From the human T2T-CHM13v2.0 reference genome, Homo sapiens: a stretch of 64,000 bases of DNA. Each line of letters starts with the position of its first letter. Position 1 is the first letter of the stretch. Location: NCBI RefSeq assembly GCF_009914755.1, contig NC_060929.1. The stretch is one strand, 5' to 3'. A model generated the notes under the pieces. It was not told the origin of the DNA. It worked only from the letters and a program-made list of their open reading frames with translations, and did no database searches. This document shows positions 12,838 to 26,128 of this stretch, piece by piece. The position numbers and the translations under genes were made by a program.

Positions 12838-14641
12838 AGCACAGAAACATCTCCTTCACTCATCCAGCATGCCTTCATTTTCTGAGAGGTTACAGTTTGT
12901 TGTACCTTGACACTGTCCGTGTTACGCCTTCTCCAGCCGCAGGAGGAGCAGGTGGCAGGCTGAGCAATGCCAGTGGCCCACAAGACAGCACGGGGTCAAG
13001 GGAAGAGTGACAGGAGGCCAGAAAACAGGCAAGAAGGGCAGTTATGATGACAACATGTAATATGCACATGGCCACATTAGAGAAGGGCAGAAAGAGCTTC
13101 TTAGACTAGGAGAGGGGCTGGGGGCACAGTGAGTGAATACGAGAAAGAGCCAACTCAGAGTTACAAAACATGTCAGATATTCTTCCTGTCAAAATTTAAC
13201 AAAGCAATGCATGCAACACACACATAAATATAATGTAATATAATGATATGTTTTGAAAGGAAAATATAGGATCCATGAAAAATAATCATTCATACTGTGA
13301 TATGGGAATAAAACCCAAGTTTAAAATCCTAATTGGTCACTTTCAGTCACTGTTTTTTCAATCATCTAAGACTACATATGGGGATAAAGGCAGCTGTTAA
13401 AACCCAAGTTCCTTAGGGAAGCAGCAGAAAACCAAGTGCAACCCCCTAGCCCAGTCCCGGTGATGGCCCAAGCTGGAGCAGTCATCTCAATTCCCTCCAT
13501 GCCCTTCCCAAGCCACTGGAGCTAAATGTTGCAAATCCTCTATCACGAGGCCATGCAGCTCTTGCTTAAGTTTCAGAACAATTCTCAGGCCAATCAATAA
13601 ACCCATAAGTAGGAGGACACTCTACAGGAACATTAAGGAGTTAAAGATAAAGATCGCTGGGACCTGGGAATGGAAATCAATAGGGCCCTGCCTGATTCTG
13701 CAGGCAGGAGTAATCTTAGGCATTAATGCTAAATGCTGCCAGCTAACACCCTGAAGAAAGGCCTCCAAATCAGTCATATGAAGGACCCACGCAAAGTACA
13801 GCATGACTCACATCACTGGTGGTCTTTCTTTGTGAATAATGTGAAATTGCTTCCCACAAACCAATTCCTATAACAGGAGCATGCTCTCTAAATAGCCAGC
13901 ATACTGAGTAAACTTTAATCAATAAACAAACAAAAGCAGAATATGGCACATTGCCTTAAGTAGACATTAAACATTTAAAACTAATTTCAGAGATGGTTTT
14001 GAGACTCAGTAAGCATGCTGAGAAACATGCTGTCTTGAAGGGTCACTATTTTTCCCCTCTTTATTGGAATAGACATTTAAACAAATGACAAGGACATATG
14101 TGTGAACGGTGCATCTGTAATGGGTCAGGGTGTTTTAGCAGCCACTGCACAATCAGGGCTAAATATTCCAGAACACAGAGTCAGGCAAGTAACCTTGCAA
14201 ACATAGCAAGCTGTTAAAGCGTGTTATGCAATGAACTCCACTAGACAGGAGGAGCCTGCAGTGGCAAATATTTCACAGAGGCTGGAAAAAAAAAAAGATT
14301 CTACCAGCATCTTCTGCCTAGCCAGGTAAATCAGATCAAGACTCTGACAGAACATGCTAAGTTGCATGAAGACGTTCCGTTACCATCCAGTCCTTCATCA
14401 GTAGCATCCTATGCAGAATGCCTCCAGTGCATAATACTATCTGCATGGAAATCAGGATTTTAAGTCAAGATTATCCGGTTCTCCCTTTATTTCCCCTTAG
14501 TCAGTGTTTCATCCTACTTTCTCAAAGTTTCTTGGAATGGTGCCTTACAAAAAAGCGTTCACGGGGAGTCGCAGAGACCACTTGTTCAGCTGTAACATGA
14601 GCCATTTCAAGGCCTGACTGGGTGCATAACATCACAAGACA

Positions 14642-14643
<2 letters not shown>

Positions 14644-14679
<36 letters not shown>

Positions 14680-14690
14680 CAGAGAGAGAG
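14644..14690. repeat. (GT)17 microsatellite followed by short (AG)n
   Basis: Directly visible. Confidence 0.97.
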
Positions 14691-15221
14691 AAAAATAGTT
14701 TTATTCCCTCCTCAGAGAAGCACTTCCTTTCTAAGGCCCTGTACTCTTGGCCTGGGGCCTGCCTACCCCTCTTCAGCCAAGACAGAGATCTTCAGGAACT
14801 CCTTCCTCTCCCGCACCCACCCCCACCCACAAGCTTTCCTGCATCCTGGGTGCTTTGGCCTCCTGCCCTCCAGGCTCACTGGAGGTGGAGTTGGCTTCCT
14901 ATAACTTTACTGGGCACCTGTTCCCAGTTGCTGTGCCCTCCTACAGCACCGGGGTCTCTGCTTAAACAATCATCTCCCCTCTCTTCTCTCTCTTTAGCCT
15001 CTTCCTTCACCTCATTCCTTCCCATCGCCATTTGAGGATGGTTAAGTCATGCTCTTTGAAAAGCTGTTCCCTGCCCCTTATGTCCTTGCATGACTGACAT
15101 GAATTCTCTCCTTTTATATCTATCATCTAGTCCCTAACCTTTGATATATCCCCACACATATCACCATCTGGTTTCTTCCCCCAACCCTGCACTGAAACTG
15201 CTCCGATAAATGCTGCCTTTT

Positions 15222-15668
15222 ATGTGTCCTCCCAAAAGATATACTGAAGTCCTAACCACAGGTACCTCTGAATGTGACCGTATTTGGAAACAGCACCTTT
15301 GCAGACAAATTGTTTAAGATGAGGTCGTACTGGATTAAGGTTAGCCCTAAGTTCAACATGACTTATGTCCTTATAAAAAGAGAAGACAAAAAGGCAGGGA
15401 CACAGAGGGAGGATACCATGAGACTACAGACTAAGAGACTGGAGTGATGTGTCCATGAGCAAAGGAATGCCAAACATTGCTGACAATCATGAGAAGCTAG
15501 GAGGAAGCAGAGATCGGTTCTTCTCTAGAGACTTCAGAGAGAACACAGACCTGCAAACACCGTAATTTTGGACTTCTGGCCTCCAGAACTGTAAGAAGAG
15601 ACAATTAGGTTGTTTTAAGCCATCTAGTGTGCAGTAATTTGTTACAGCAGCCCTAAGCAGCTAATACA
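15222..15668 (+). mobile_element. MLT1C-like MaLR LTR
   Basis: CCCAAAAGATAT...GAATGTGACCGTATTTGGAAA...GGACTTCTGGCCTCCAGAACTGT...TTTGTTACAGCAGCCC...CTAATACA. Confidence 0.85.
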
Positions 15669-15849
15669 GTACTGCTGACAGAATTTCTCAGAAAGTGACG
15701 AATTGTCCTGGCTTTCCCAGAACAGAAGCAACCAGGAAAGTCCCAGGAAGACCAGGACAAGTGTGTCACTCTTCCTTCTGGCATACACCTGCCTTGAACA
15801 CTCTGCAGTATCTGACGCTCTGCTGGACATAGCCTTCTTGAAAATATCC

Positions 15850-16718
15850 CCATTCTTGGTTCTCAGAAAGGCTTGCCCTCAACTAGATAATTCCATCTGG
15901 TGGCTCACAGGAACTCAGCCTTTTCCATCTAAAATCACCACACCCCTCTTATCTGCTTTCTCTTCTTGATTCTATATGGAATCAACAGCCAAGAATGTGG
16001 GGATTGCAGTCAGGGCTTCCTTCTCACTCCTGCTCTACATCTACTGAATCCTCAACCACACTCCTTTCCAATTTCCAGAATCTACTTCTTCTCTACATTT
16101 CTGCCTCCCTTCCCTTAATGCAGTTCCTCCTCCCTTTGGTCTCAGTAGCAGCCTCAGAATGGGCTGTCCCTGCCGGCATTTTGTCATCCTCCAGATAAAG
16201 GATAAACTTATTCAGATGACTTCCAATGCCAGGCACCTCCGAATCCCCACTTGCCATGTGAGCCTCATGCCCTCCACCTCCTCCTCCATATCGTAAAATA
16301 AGATGTCCTGACTTCCTGTGCGTGAGGCTTGCCAGGACCCGCAATGCTCCCTCTCTCACTTCAGGGCTTATCACTTGCTCTTTTCCTCTCCCTGGAAACC
16401 TCTCCTTTCATAAGTTTTGTAAACACCTTCTAACAATCACTTGGGATGCAGTTCTGGCATGGCTTCATCCTAGAAACCTTTTTCAACCACCGTCCTACAG
16501 CCCAGGATGTGGGCTTAGAGCCCCTCTCCTAGGCTCTGCAGCACCCAACACAGGCACCTGTTAGGACCCTTCACAGAATATTACGCAATGGCCCTTTTGG
16601 TTCACATTCCTAAAAATAGTCTAAACCCTTTTAACAGGAACTGAGCATCTTCTTGATCTCCTCAATATCTAGTAAAAACCCTGTACACAACAGGCTTCTC
16701 TTAAATGTTCATTGAAGG
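15850..16718 (+). mobile_element. Degraded L2 fragments
   Basis: C/T-rich L2-like text ending ...TAAATGTTCATTGAA. Confidence 0.5.
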
Positions 16719-16729
16719 TTCACTCCGAA

Positions 16730-19170
16730 TTAAAAACATGCAAATAAAAATACACTGAGATGCCATTTATGCACTGAGTTTGGTCCAAATCCCAAAGCCT
16801 GACGGTGTACTCTGCAGGAAAGGCGGCAGAGAAATAGGTATTCATATCCAGGGCAACTAGAATGCAAAGTGGTGCAACCTCTATGAAAGAGAATTGGGCA
16901 ACATTTACAAAACGACATATGCATTCACCCTTTGGCCCAGAAATCCCAATTCGAATCATCTCTTTCAACGGTACACTTGCAAAAATATTACATAATGTTT
17001 ACAGGAGGCATTACTCACTGAAACACTATCCATGGTCACAAATGGCAGAAAATAACCTAAGCATCTCTCAGTAAGGTGTTTTTGATTAGGTTAGGGCTCA
17101 TCACATAGTGGAAGCTATGTAGCTACCGAAAAAAAAAAAAAAAAGAATGACATCAATCTCTACACTCTTCTAGAGAGTAGGCTCCAGCATATATCATTAG
17201 GTTAAAATAATGCTACACAGAAACAAGTCTATATAATTGCCACCTTTCATCTAAGGAAAGAGAACATAAATATATATTTGTATGTGTGTGTGTTGCTTTG
17301 CTTCTATTACAAAAGTAGCCTAACCCATAAAATATAGGTAAATAGCTAAATGCAGAAAGAGCTCTGGAATAGGATCAAGAAAACAGGAAGCAAAGCTAGA
17401 TTCCTTTGAACACCTTTTGCTTCAATAATTAAACAAATGATAGTAACTGGGTCTTGGGTTGGTGCCATAACCACGCAGAAAGAAATTATTTCTACTGGTT
17501 TTAAAGCAGTAATTTTGCTAATTTCACTAAAATTTTCCAGTGAAATATATACGCGAGGACAAAAAAAAAAGAGAGAGAAAAAAGTCATTTTAAAGATTTT
17601 TCAATAATCCAAAACAACTAGGTTTGCATGAAGCTGTTATTCTAAAATGACTGTGTACTAAAGAAAAAAGGCAAAGAAATAATTAGGTTGGTCAGCAGAG
17701 ACTTGAGATTTTGTGCAAGGAAGAAATAGACACTAAGATGGGAAAGGTTAACAAAGACCCTAGAGTCCTGGAGATGAGTTGGGAGTATCAGGAGAAGTTT
17801 ATGGTATGTTTTAAAAATGCTTTTGTTAGCACTGTCCACTGAGAAGACCTGTGGGCACCTTTGGTGCTCAAAGCATACAGAAATGAGTGATTCCCAGGTC
17901 TGTGGAAGGAAATAAGTAAAAGGAATAGGAACATCTTGTCAACCCAGAGAGTAAAGAAGCTCTCAAAGATGACTTGGATGGAGTCAGAAGAGTCCAGAAG
18001 CTGCTCTCAAGAGGCTACACTGGGCTTAAAATGCTATAATTTCACCATGTACAAGGATGTAAACTACATGGATTAAAATACATCAAATATGTTGAAATTC
18101 ATGTATTAATAATAATTATAATAATCAAAATAAGAAAAAGGCAAACATAACATCTTATTCATCCCCTTTGGATGACAAATGAATGACCTGTGGGATGTTA
18201 AAGAACCAACCTACTTGTGTATTTAAAAAAAAATAAAAGTATAAATTGATGGGGGGCGGGGAACATTTATTTTGCCTTTCCTGCATAAGGTGTACCTTCA
18301 GGATACGTAAAGAGTTGATGAAGGAAAGATAGTTTATATAGAAGTATTCTAACCATTAAATGAGCAAAATAATAAAATGAGAAAATCCCAGTTTTGTACC
18401 CACGGATGAATCAGTAGATTGAGGCTGTGATCATCAATGACTGATCATTTCCCAGCTGGATATGCTCTGCCTCCTGAAGGAAATACGCTGCACTACCCAT
18501 GACACGGTCAAGACAAAAAGATCCAAACCTGGATCTCAGCAGGTGTCTTGAGATTACTAGGAATTTACAGACATCTTTGGAAAGAGGAATATTTGAAGCA
18601 CACAATCAGAATGCGATGAGCAAACTCCAGACTGTGGGAAACTGTCCAGGACAAAGAACTTGGTTTCTGTAATTTGCAAAGGGTGTGAAATAAAAGTAAA
18701 ATATTAAAAGAGACTCAAGAAATATACCAACCAATGGCAGTGTATGGAATTTACTTAAATCTCGATTTGACTTAACTGGCCAAAAGATGCCGAAGTATTT
18801 ATGAACCCATGAAAGATCTCTCAATGCCCTCTGGGTGCTTGATGATGTCATGAAATCATTTATTATTTGTTTGTTTGTTTGCTGTGATAATGGTACTGAA
18901 TTCCTTATCTTTGAGTATTATCAACTGAAATCTGATGGATAAAATTATTTGATTTTTTTTTAATTTCCTCCAAAATAATTTAATGGGTATGAGATGAAGC
19001 ATGAGTGGAAATTTAGATGAAAAAGGATGGGGATGGGCCATGAATTGATAAGTGTGGGGCTGCATGCTCCTTAGACTATTCTTTCTTTTTTTGTGCTCCT
19101 TAGACTATTCTTTCTATTTCCATAGATATTTGAAAGTGTTTGATACAAAGTTTTAAAAACAACAAAACAT
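16730..19170 (+). mobile_element. Ancient L1M (L1ME/L1MC-type) 3' sequences, probably more than one element
   Basis: ATGCAAATAAAAATACACTGAGATGCC...AATGCAAAGTGGTGCAACC...CCCTTTGGCCCAGAAATCCC ORF2 end, followed by long L1MC-like 3'UTR text. Confidence 0.7.
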
Positions 19171-19843
19171 AAAACCACTTGTTGCATGAATTACTGAAAT
19201 ACAATGTCTCATTCATCATATTTAGCCTGATAATATAATTCCTTGAGGACAGAGATAGAGTCTATTTTCTTTTCCACTCTGAATGCTTGAGTGCCCCGGG
19301 TGTGAAGGACCTTAAATAAATTTCAATGAATGAAAGAATAAATGAGTGGATATACAGATTAATTATTTAATCCTACCAATCCATAGAGATACTTGGGACA
19401 TTAAATCAATTCTGCTGCCATGCAATGCTAGATAGAAACAAAGGGCTAGGTTTGTGGCAAGACTAAGGCTTTGCAGGGAAATGCCATAGTGAAGAATTTT
19501 AGGCTTTCCTTGGTTTTGTTGTTATTTTTATGGTCACATTTTTATCCTTTGGTTCAAACACTTAGGAGGCCCACAGTACCTGTTAAATAAAGGTGACCAG
19601 AAATAATGAGATTTTTTTACCTTGGTAATCCCTGTCTTAGATCCCTCTTGAGGTGGTAATCAGTTTCTGGATATGAAATTCTAATGATAGAGGCTTTTGT
19701 AGTTTTACCTTTATTTTAAACTGTGTCTGAAACAAGAGCCACTGGATTATACAGCATTCGTGATGCTCTATTATCTTCTATCACTAAACACAGAATGTGC
19801 ATTTAGATGACGGCTTTGCAATCAGTGCGTGCTGGTTCCTTAC

Positions 19844-19967
19844 CTTTATAGGAGATGACTGGATGCTCGGTTCTCTGGCACTGAGTCGTACCCTGGGCCT
19901 CTGGGTGGGCGAGTCTCCACAGCCCCAGGCTTGAGAACAGCCATGCTATAACACAGGTTCCCTTCAT
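19844..19967 (-). CDS. SEMA5A: SEMA5A first coding segment (124 nt): signal peptide and N-terminus of semaphorin-5A; phase-1 donor
   Basis: CCCACC-ATG (A at -3) at 19967 translates to MKGTCVIAWLFSSLGLWRLAHPEAQGTTQCQRTEHPVISYK, which I recognise as the human SEMA5A N-terminus. It ends in a strong donor AAG|GTAAGG (GT at 19843-19842). Confidence 0.98.
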
Positions 19968-20044
19968 GGTGGGCAAGGGGCCTCTGACTCTGGGCACGTG
20001 TCTTCTAAACAGAAGCTCTTCTTCTCCTCATGTGTGGAAAGTGC
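19968..20044 (-). other. SEMA5A: 5'UTR part (77 nt) of the same SEMA5A exon
   Basis: Acceptor on the minus strand: TCTGAT (branch-point-like), TCTTCTCTTTTGTGTGTTTTAG|GCAC, with AG at 20046-20045. Confidence 0.92.
20005..20031 (-). promoter_or_regulatory. Upstream ORF MRRRRASV* in the SEMA5A 5'UTR
   Basis: ATG AGG AGA AGA AGA GCT TCT GTT TAG lies inside the exon and stops 37 nt before the main ATG. Weak Kozak context (CAC-ATG-A). Translation is not shown. Confidence 0.6.
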
Positions 20045-21359
20045 CTAAAACACACAAAAGAGAAGAATCAGATGACTGTGAGTTCGTTTTCTGGTGGGTG
20101 GTCTTCTGGTAAAACTTCCTCACTAACTTTAAGGTTACACTTTGTGGAGATAGAGGAGAGCTTGGAGGGCTTAGAGCAGCATATTTTTCTAGTCATATCC
20201 CAGGTCGTGTGTGTGTATGAATGCATGCGTGAGTGCGTGTATCTCAATACAGACCTCTCATTCTCCCAATAATTGCATGACATAGCCCATTTGTTTTAAA
20301 CGAGAAATGCTCAAGCTTAAGCTGTACTGTCGTCACACTCACTCCTAAGGAATGCAGATTAATAGTTGGGATTGGCCGGATTTCCCTTGGTCACCTGTCC
20401 TAACCCCTTGCGCAAACACAGGTCTATATGTGGAAACCCTACAAATACCTGCCCATCCCTTTTTAACATTTAAAATATTTAGTTTTAAGAAGGCCACAGC
20501 CATTGTCTTTTACTAATAAATTGATGAATATTATGCTGCCCAACTTTAAAAAATCATCACGATTTGCTAAATTCTGTATTTAGTGATGCAGGATAACCTT
20601 TTAAAATTGTAGATAATCTGCCTGCAAAATATCTGGCTAGAGATCAAGTGTGAATCAAATAAAATCTATATCGAGCACCTACTGGGTGAAATAAAAGTAC
20701 TATGCTGGGAAACTTTAAAGATTATGAACAATTTAAATGATTAACAAGCATTAAAGTAATACAGGCCTGTAAAAATAACTATAATCCAAGCTGTTAGCAA
20801 ACCTCAAAAAGAGCAGGAGTGCTGTGGGAGTCAAGGGAGAGTACGACTGCTACAGAGAAGGATCTATGACGGGTCCATGCAGGGGCTCAAATCTGAGTGT
20901 AATGCTGGAGGATAAAGAGGATTTCAACAGATGGAGGTTTCTGGAAGGACGTTCCGTCCCCAGGGAGGAGGATGAAAAGGCACATTGGAGGGGCAAGAGG
21001 AAGAGGTACGCAACATGTTTTAGGAATGGTGTGCTGTACTCGATCTAGGAAGTTTAAAGGGAAGTATTGGGAAGAGCTTACAGAGTAGGTTAAGATATGG
21101 AAGGCAAACTACACTAAGGTGTGAGGTCTTTATTTTCAGGCAACAAGCTACCATAGTACATTAATGTTAGAAGATCTTATTAATATTAATAAGACCATTA
21201 TCACAATAGTGTACCTAGGAAACTAGGCAGATGAGAACATAGAAATGGAGAAGTCAGTTTGAAGCCATTACAATTGTTAAGAAGAGAAATAAATGAAGCA
21301 GTGACTTTGAGGGTTTCAATGTGAATCAAAAGGCAAACATAGTACACAATAACTGTGGG

Positions 21360-21835
21360 TAATGGAAACTACGGCAAATTAGAGATGGCCACAGATTCGG
21401 GCATTCCTCCCATTGAGAGCTGGATCTATGTTCTCCACCTGGAATCTGGGTTGGCTCAGTGACTGCTCTGCTCGCTCTGCTCATTTTAATACAACAGAAG
21501 TCATGTTGTGCTAGTTTCCAAGCCCAGGACCTAAAAGCCTGGCAGTTGCTACATCCTGTAGCTTAGAACACATTCTTTAAGACACTGAGACACTAGGTCA
21601 GAAGTCCAACTACCCTGAGATGGCCATGCTAGAGAGAACACATTTAGGTGCTATAGTTGATGGGTCACACATGAGCCCAACTCTCCAGCCATGAGTAAAG
21701 CTGAAACCCATTGAGTAATTTCAGTAGATACTATGAGAGCAAAAGAATCTCTCAGTTGAACCCTGCCCAGATTCCTGACCCCACAAATGCAAAATGTAAT
21801 AAAAGAGTGGTTGTTATAATCTGCTACATTTGGGG
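21360..21835 (+). mobile_element. MLT1 (H/G-like) LTR
   Basis: GATGGCCACA...CTCCCATTGAGAG...CTGCCCAGATTCCTGACCCCACA motifs. Confidence 0.75.
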
Positions 21836-21957
21836 AACACAGAGCAAAGAGACACAGATGGACTTAAGATAGATAATGTAAGTGACTTCAAGGATAGTGA
21901 TGCCATTCATTTTAATAGGATAAACAGCAGATGGATTTTGTTTAGATGAGATTAGAA

Positions 21958-21963
<6 letters not shown>

Positions 21964-22025
<62 letters not shown>

Positions 22026-22032
22026 CGCACAT
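21964..22032. repeat. (TG)27(CG)5 alternating purine-pyrimidine tract
   Basis: Directly visible; uninterrupted alternation over about 69 bp. Confidence 0.97.
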
Positions 22033-22041
22033 CAAGTTTCA

Positions 22042-22367
<326 letters not shown>

Positions 22368-24362
22368 AGAGAGAGGAACTGGAAGAAAATCCAGAGAAAA
22401 CTGAGGGGAAAAGCTATTAGGGTCCCAGGAAAGAAAGTGAAAGAAAGGAAAGAGGCCTTCTTTAAAAAGGAGTGCTTACCACCTGAACAAATGGTGAGAT
22501 TTCAAGATAAATAAAACATAGATTTGAGGGTGTATCAAATTTCACTGTCTGTATTTTTTGAGTCAAACAAATGGGGAGGAAGGAAAAGACATGATAATTG
22601 AAATTTTGAAATTGAAGAGTAGAAAAATTAAGGGTTAATTTCATGGAAGTTGGCTCAATATGAATAAACCTGACCAGAAACCTGAAGGTCCAGCTGAGTT
22701 TAGAGTCTCTCACCCACTCAATATTTACTGAGTGACAACTGCATACTCAGCTCTATGCATGTATGAATTTGCAAAGGAACCAAGAAGCATGAGGTAAGGC
22801 CTATTGCATCGATAAGCAGCAACCATGGAGTTGATATAAGGAAGCCAAGTACAGAGTCACCAGGACCAAGAACTTCAGAGCAGGCAGAAGGTTGAGGTCC
22901 TTAAGAATGGAAGGAATTCTACAACATTCCCATTGACCAAAACATTCAGGTTGGGCAGAGAAACAGGTAATGGCACTGCAAATCAAGACAAGGGAAGAGT
23001 ATAGCTTCTATAGGAATAAGAGATGCTGAGCATGAAGGTGGGGATGGGCTAGGGAGGAAAACAGAGAGCCAGAGGCTCATCTGTCCGCCAGCCCACAATC
23101 CCTGCCCAAGCACAGAGCACTGTAATGGACAATGGATGAGAAAATGCTCATTGTCCCTGGATTATAACATTAAAACTATGAGTTTCACTTTTGAAAAGGA
23201 GTTACAGTGTGCAAAACTGGTGTCTGCTTTAGAACTCCAGTCCAAAGGTAACAAGATGAAGTAGCCTATCTTTTCTGAGCTTCCTGATCTGAGACTTAAG
23301 ATATGAAATGTTATCAAATGATGTATTTCAAAATAAAATAGCACTTGTTAGAGGTGCTTTAGATGTGATTTCATTCTGTTAAAAGCAAGGAGGTTTGGGG
23401 CACCCATATCAGTTCGGGTAAATTATCACAGTCCCACATCAAAACAGATCAGCAATGATAAAGATAAAATGGGAAGGATGATGAAGTGGCAATCAATCCT
23501 TAATACATGCTAGCTCTGCAGTAAGCATGGTGCCAAGCACTCACACCCATGCCTGGCACCCAACAGCCACCCAGAGCCATATCAATGATAAGTCCACTGT
23601 CACAGAGCAGCAAGCCATCATGGAGATGGGTTGGAGCACTGCCCTGTCATTATCTCCAAGAATGAGTGCAAATCAACTAGGGACTAAGAGCACATTCTTT
23701 TCTTACACATAGTTTTTCAACGTGCACATCTAAGCCAACATAGATTCCCCTTCTGCTACCGATGAAGGGCATCATCCAGACCTGCTTGTGACCGCAACTG
23801 TCCTTTATTTACAATATGCCCTCCACTCTGATCTTAACAGACTTGATGTTAGAAGCCCTAACATCTTTGCCACCTGAATGAAAGGAAGAGAAAAATAACC
23901 CAAGTGTCTGAAATGCTCTTTCCTTGGGATTTGGAAAGCGACAATTAGAGAAGAGGGGAAATGACACATATAGAGAATGAGCAGCTAAAATGGAACACGT
24001 AGTTCAAGGGTGATGAGCTGAAATGACATGTTTGTCATGTTAGGAAAGAACATTTAATGAGAACAGGTAATTTTTTGAGGTTTATAATTTTCAGACTACA
24101 ACATAGTACCTTTTTTCTTAAACTAAAGGTACTGTAAACTGTCATTACAGTAAGGTGACAGGAAAGGGCATTCATAGTCTTCATGCAGAGACGTGGGCTT
24201 TTTTAAGCAACTTACCATGGAAGGCTAACTCCTTGAAGAGGCTTTTACTCTAAATAGACTCAGCTCTAAATAGCAGGTCCCTCCTTCCCGGACTCAGCAG
24301 GTCCATATTCCACTGAATCATGGAGCTCTTGCCTCTCAGTGGTGTAGGAGGAACACATTCAT

Positions 24363-24562
24363 ACCAGGGCTTTTAGTGCTCACGCTCAGCACTATTGATA
24401 TTTTAGTCATATAATCCCGTGTTCTGGGCTATTCTATGAAATTAGCAGCATCCCCGGCCTGTACCTACTAGAGCTAGTAACACCCCCTCCCACCACCAAC
24501 TTTGCACCAACCAAAATTGTCTCTAGACAATGTCAAATTGCCCCTGGTTGAGAACCTCTGCT
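24363..24562. mobile_element. MER20 (hAT-Charlie)
   Basis: CTCAGCACTATTGATATTTT...AGCAGCATCCCCGGCCT...CCCCTGGTTGAGAACCTCTG. Confidence 0.8.
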
Positions 24563-24609
<47 letters not shown>

Positions 24610-24702
24610 CATAGATAGATACATAGATAGATAGATAGATAGATAGATACATAGATAGATAGATACATAGATAGATAGATAGATAGATATAGATAGATAG
24701 AT

Positions 24703-24771
<69 letters not shown>

Positions 24772-24810
24772 TGCATACATACATCTGCATATGCATACAT
24801 ACATAGATAA
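24563..24810. repeat. Compound tetranucleotide STR (GATA)n/(CATA)/(GACA)n, about 250 bp
   Basis: Directly visible. Confidence 0.97.
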
Positions 24811-25744
24811 CTTCCCTCTTTGGAAGTTAAACAAGCTGCCATGACTTGAAAGATTATTCAAAATATGCTTATATAAAACACCAAACTAAATTTGTGTTGA
24901 GTCATTCAGGCAAAATTTCAAGATATATGAAATTCCTGTTAATTATAACTATGTGCTACATTTGGGAAATACATTATGAAGGAATTTTCAAAGGATCAAA
25001 GTTCTATCATCATTCAACCAACTCTAGAAAAATAAAAATATATTACGTGAGTTAATATGAAACAAATGAATTTGCCAATATGAAGATTTATTCTAGAAAG
25101 CCAATTTGGGAGACAACATATAAGCATTTTTGGTGCGTCTACTTCAAAACCCCTGAAACCCCTAAACTTCCTTTTATTTTCCAGATGTAAGAGGATATCT
25201 CTATAAGCTCGATCTAAATAAGTACAACTCTGTATAGAAGTGTTTGTGCAATAAATAACATTTCTCATTCACTCCCACGCTACAACTGAAACTGAATAGG
25301 CTTTGGGGACAGAAAATAACTGCTCCTTTTAGGAAAAAAAATTGCTGTCAGATAAAAAAGAAATCAAAGGAATAAAAGCTTCCATGAGGCATTTTGCTTA
25401 GGGAACAGTGTCTAACCAGTTATTAGTAAAAACAGATCCAACATAAGCTTAATGTACTTTTCAGAGGAGGCTGGGTTTCTTCTGAGCTATAGGCCTATCA
25501 TAAAGATGGATATAGCCTAATCTGTTGGTATAGTCCAGAGAGTCCACAAACCCCTCCTGCGCCCATCCCCTACTTGATGGCATTAGAGACTTGCTTTGGC
25601 AAAAGGACAAAGGAGTCAGGTGAGTGAGCTGACCTAGTGAGGTGGCCTCAGAGATGTCTCAGGAAGTCCTGTCCCATGCATGCCACAGCAGGACAATCCT
25701 TAGTACCAAAAGGCTGAAGCGATTGCTGCATGTGTGTCTCTTAA

Positions 25745-26128
<384 letters not shown>

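Noticed and set aside
12111-12983. Longest ORFs in the track (227, 151 and 150 aa), overlapping on both strands
   Set aside because: They run through the stop-poor minisatellite; the translations are repetitive and resemble no protein family.
19803-19997. 64-aa ORF as called by the track (GTG start, read-through to 19803)
   Set aside because: The real start is the Kozak ATG at 19967 and the frame leaves at the donor at 19844; the GTG context is weak and the tail is intronic.
24523-24861. YLSI-repeat ORFs
   Set aside because: Translation of the (TATC)n STR.
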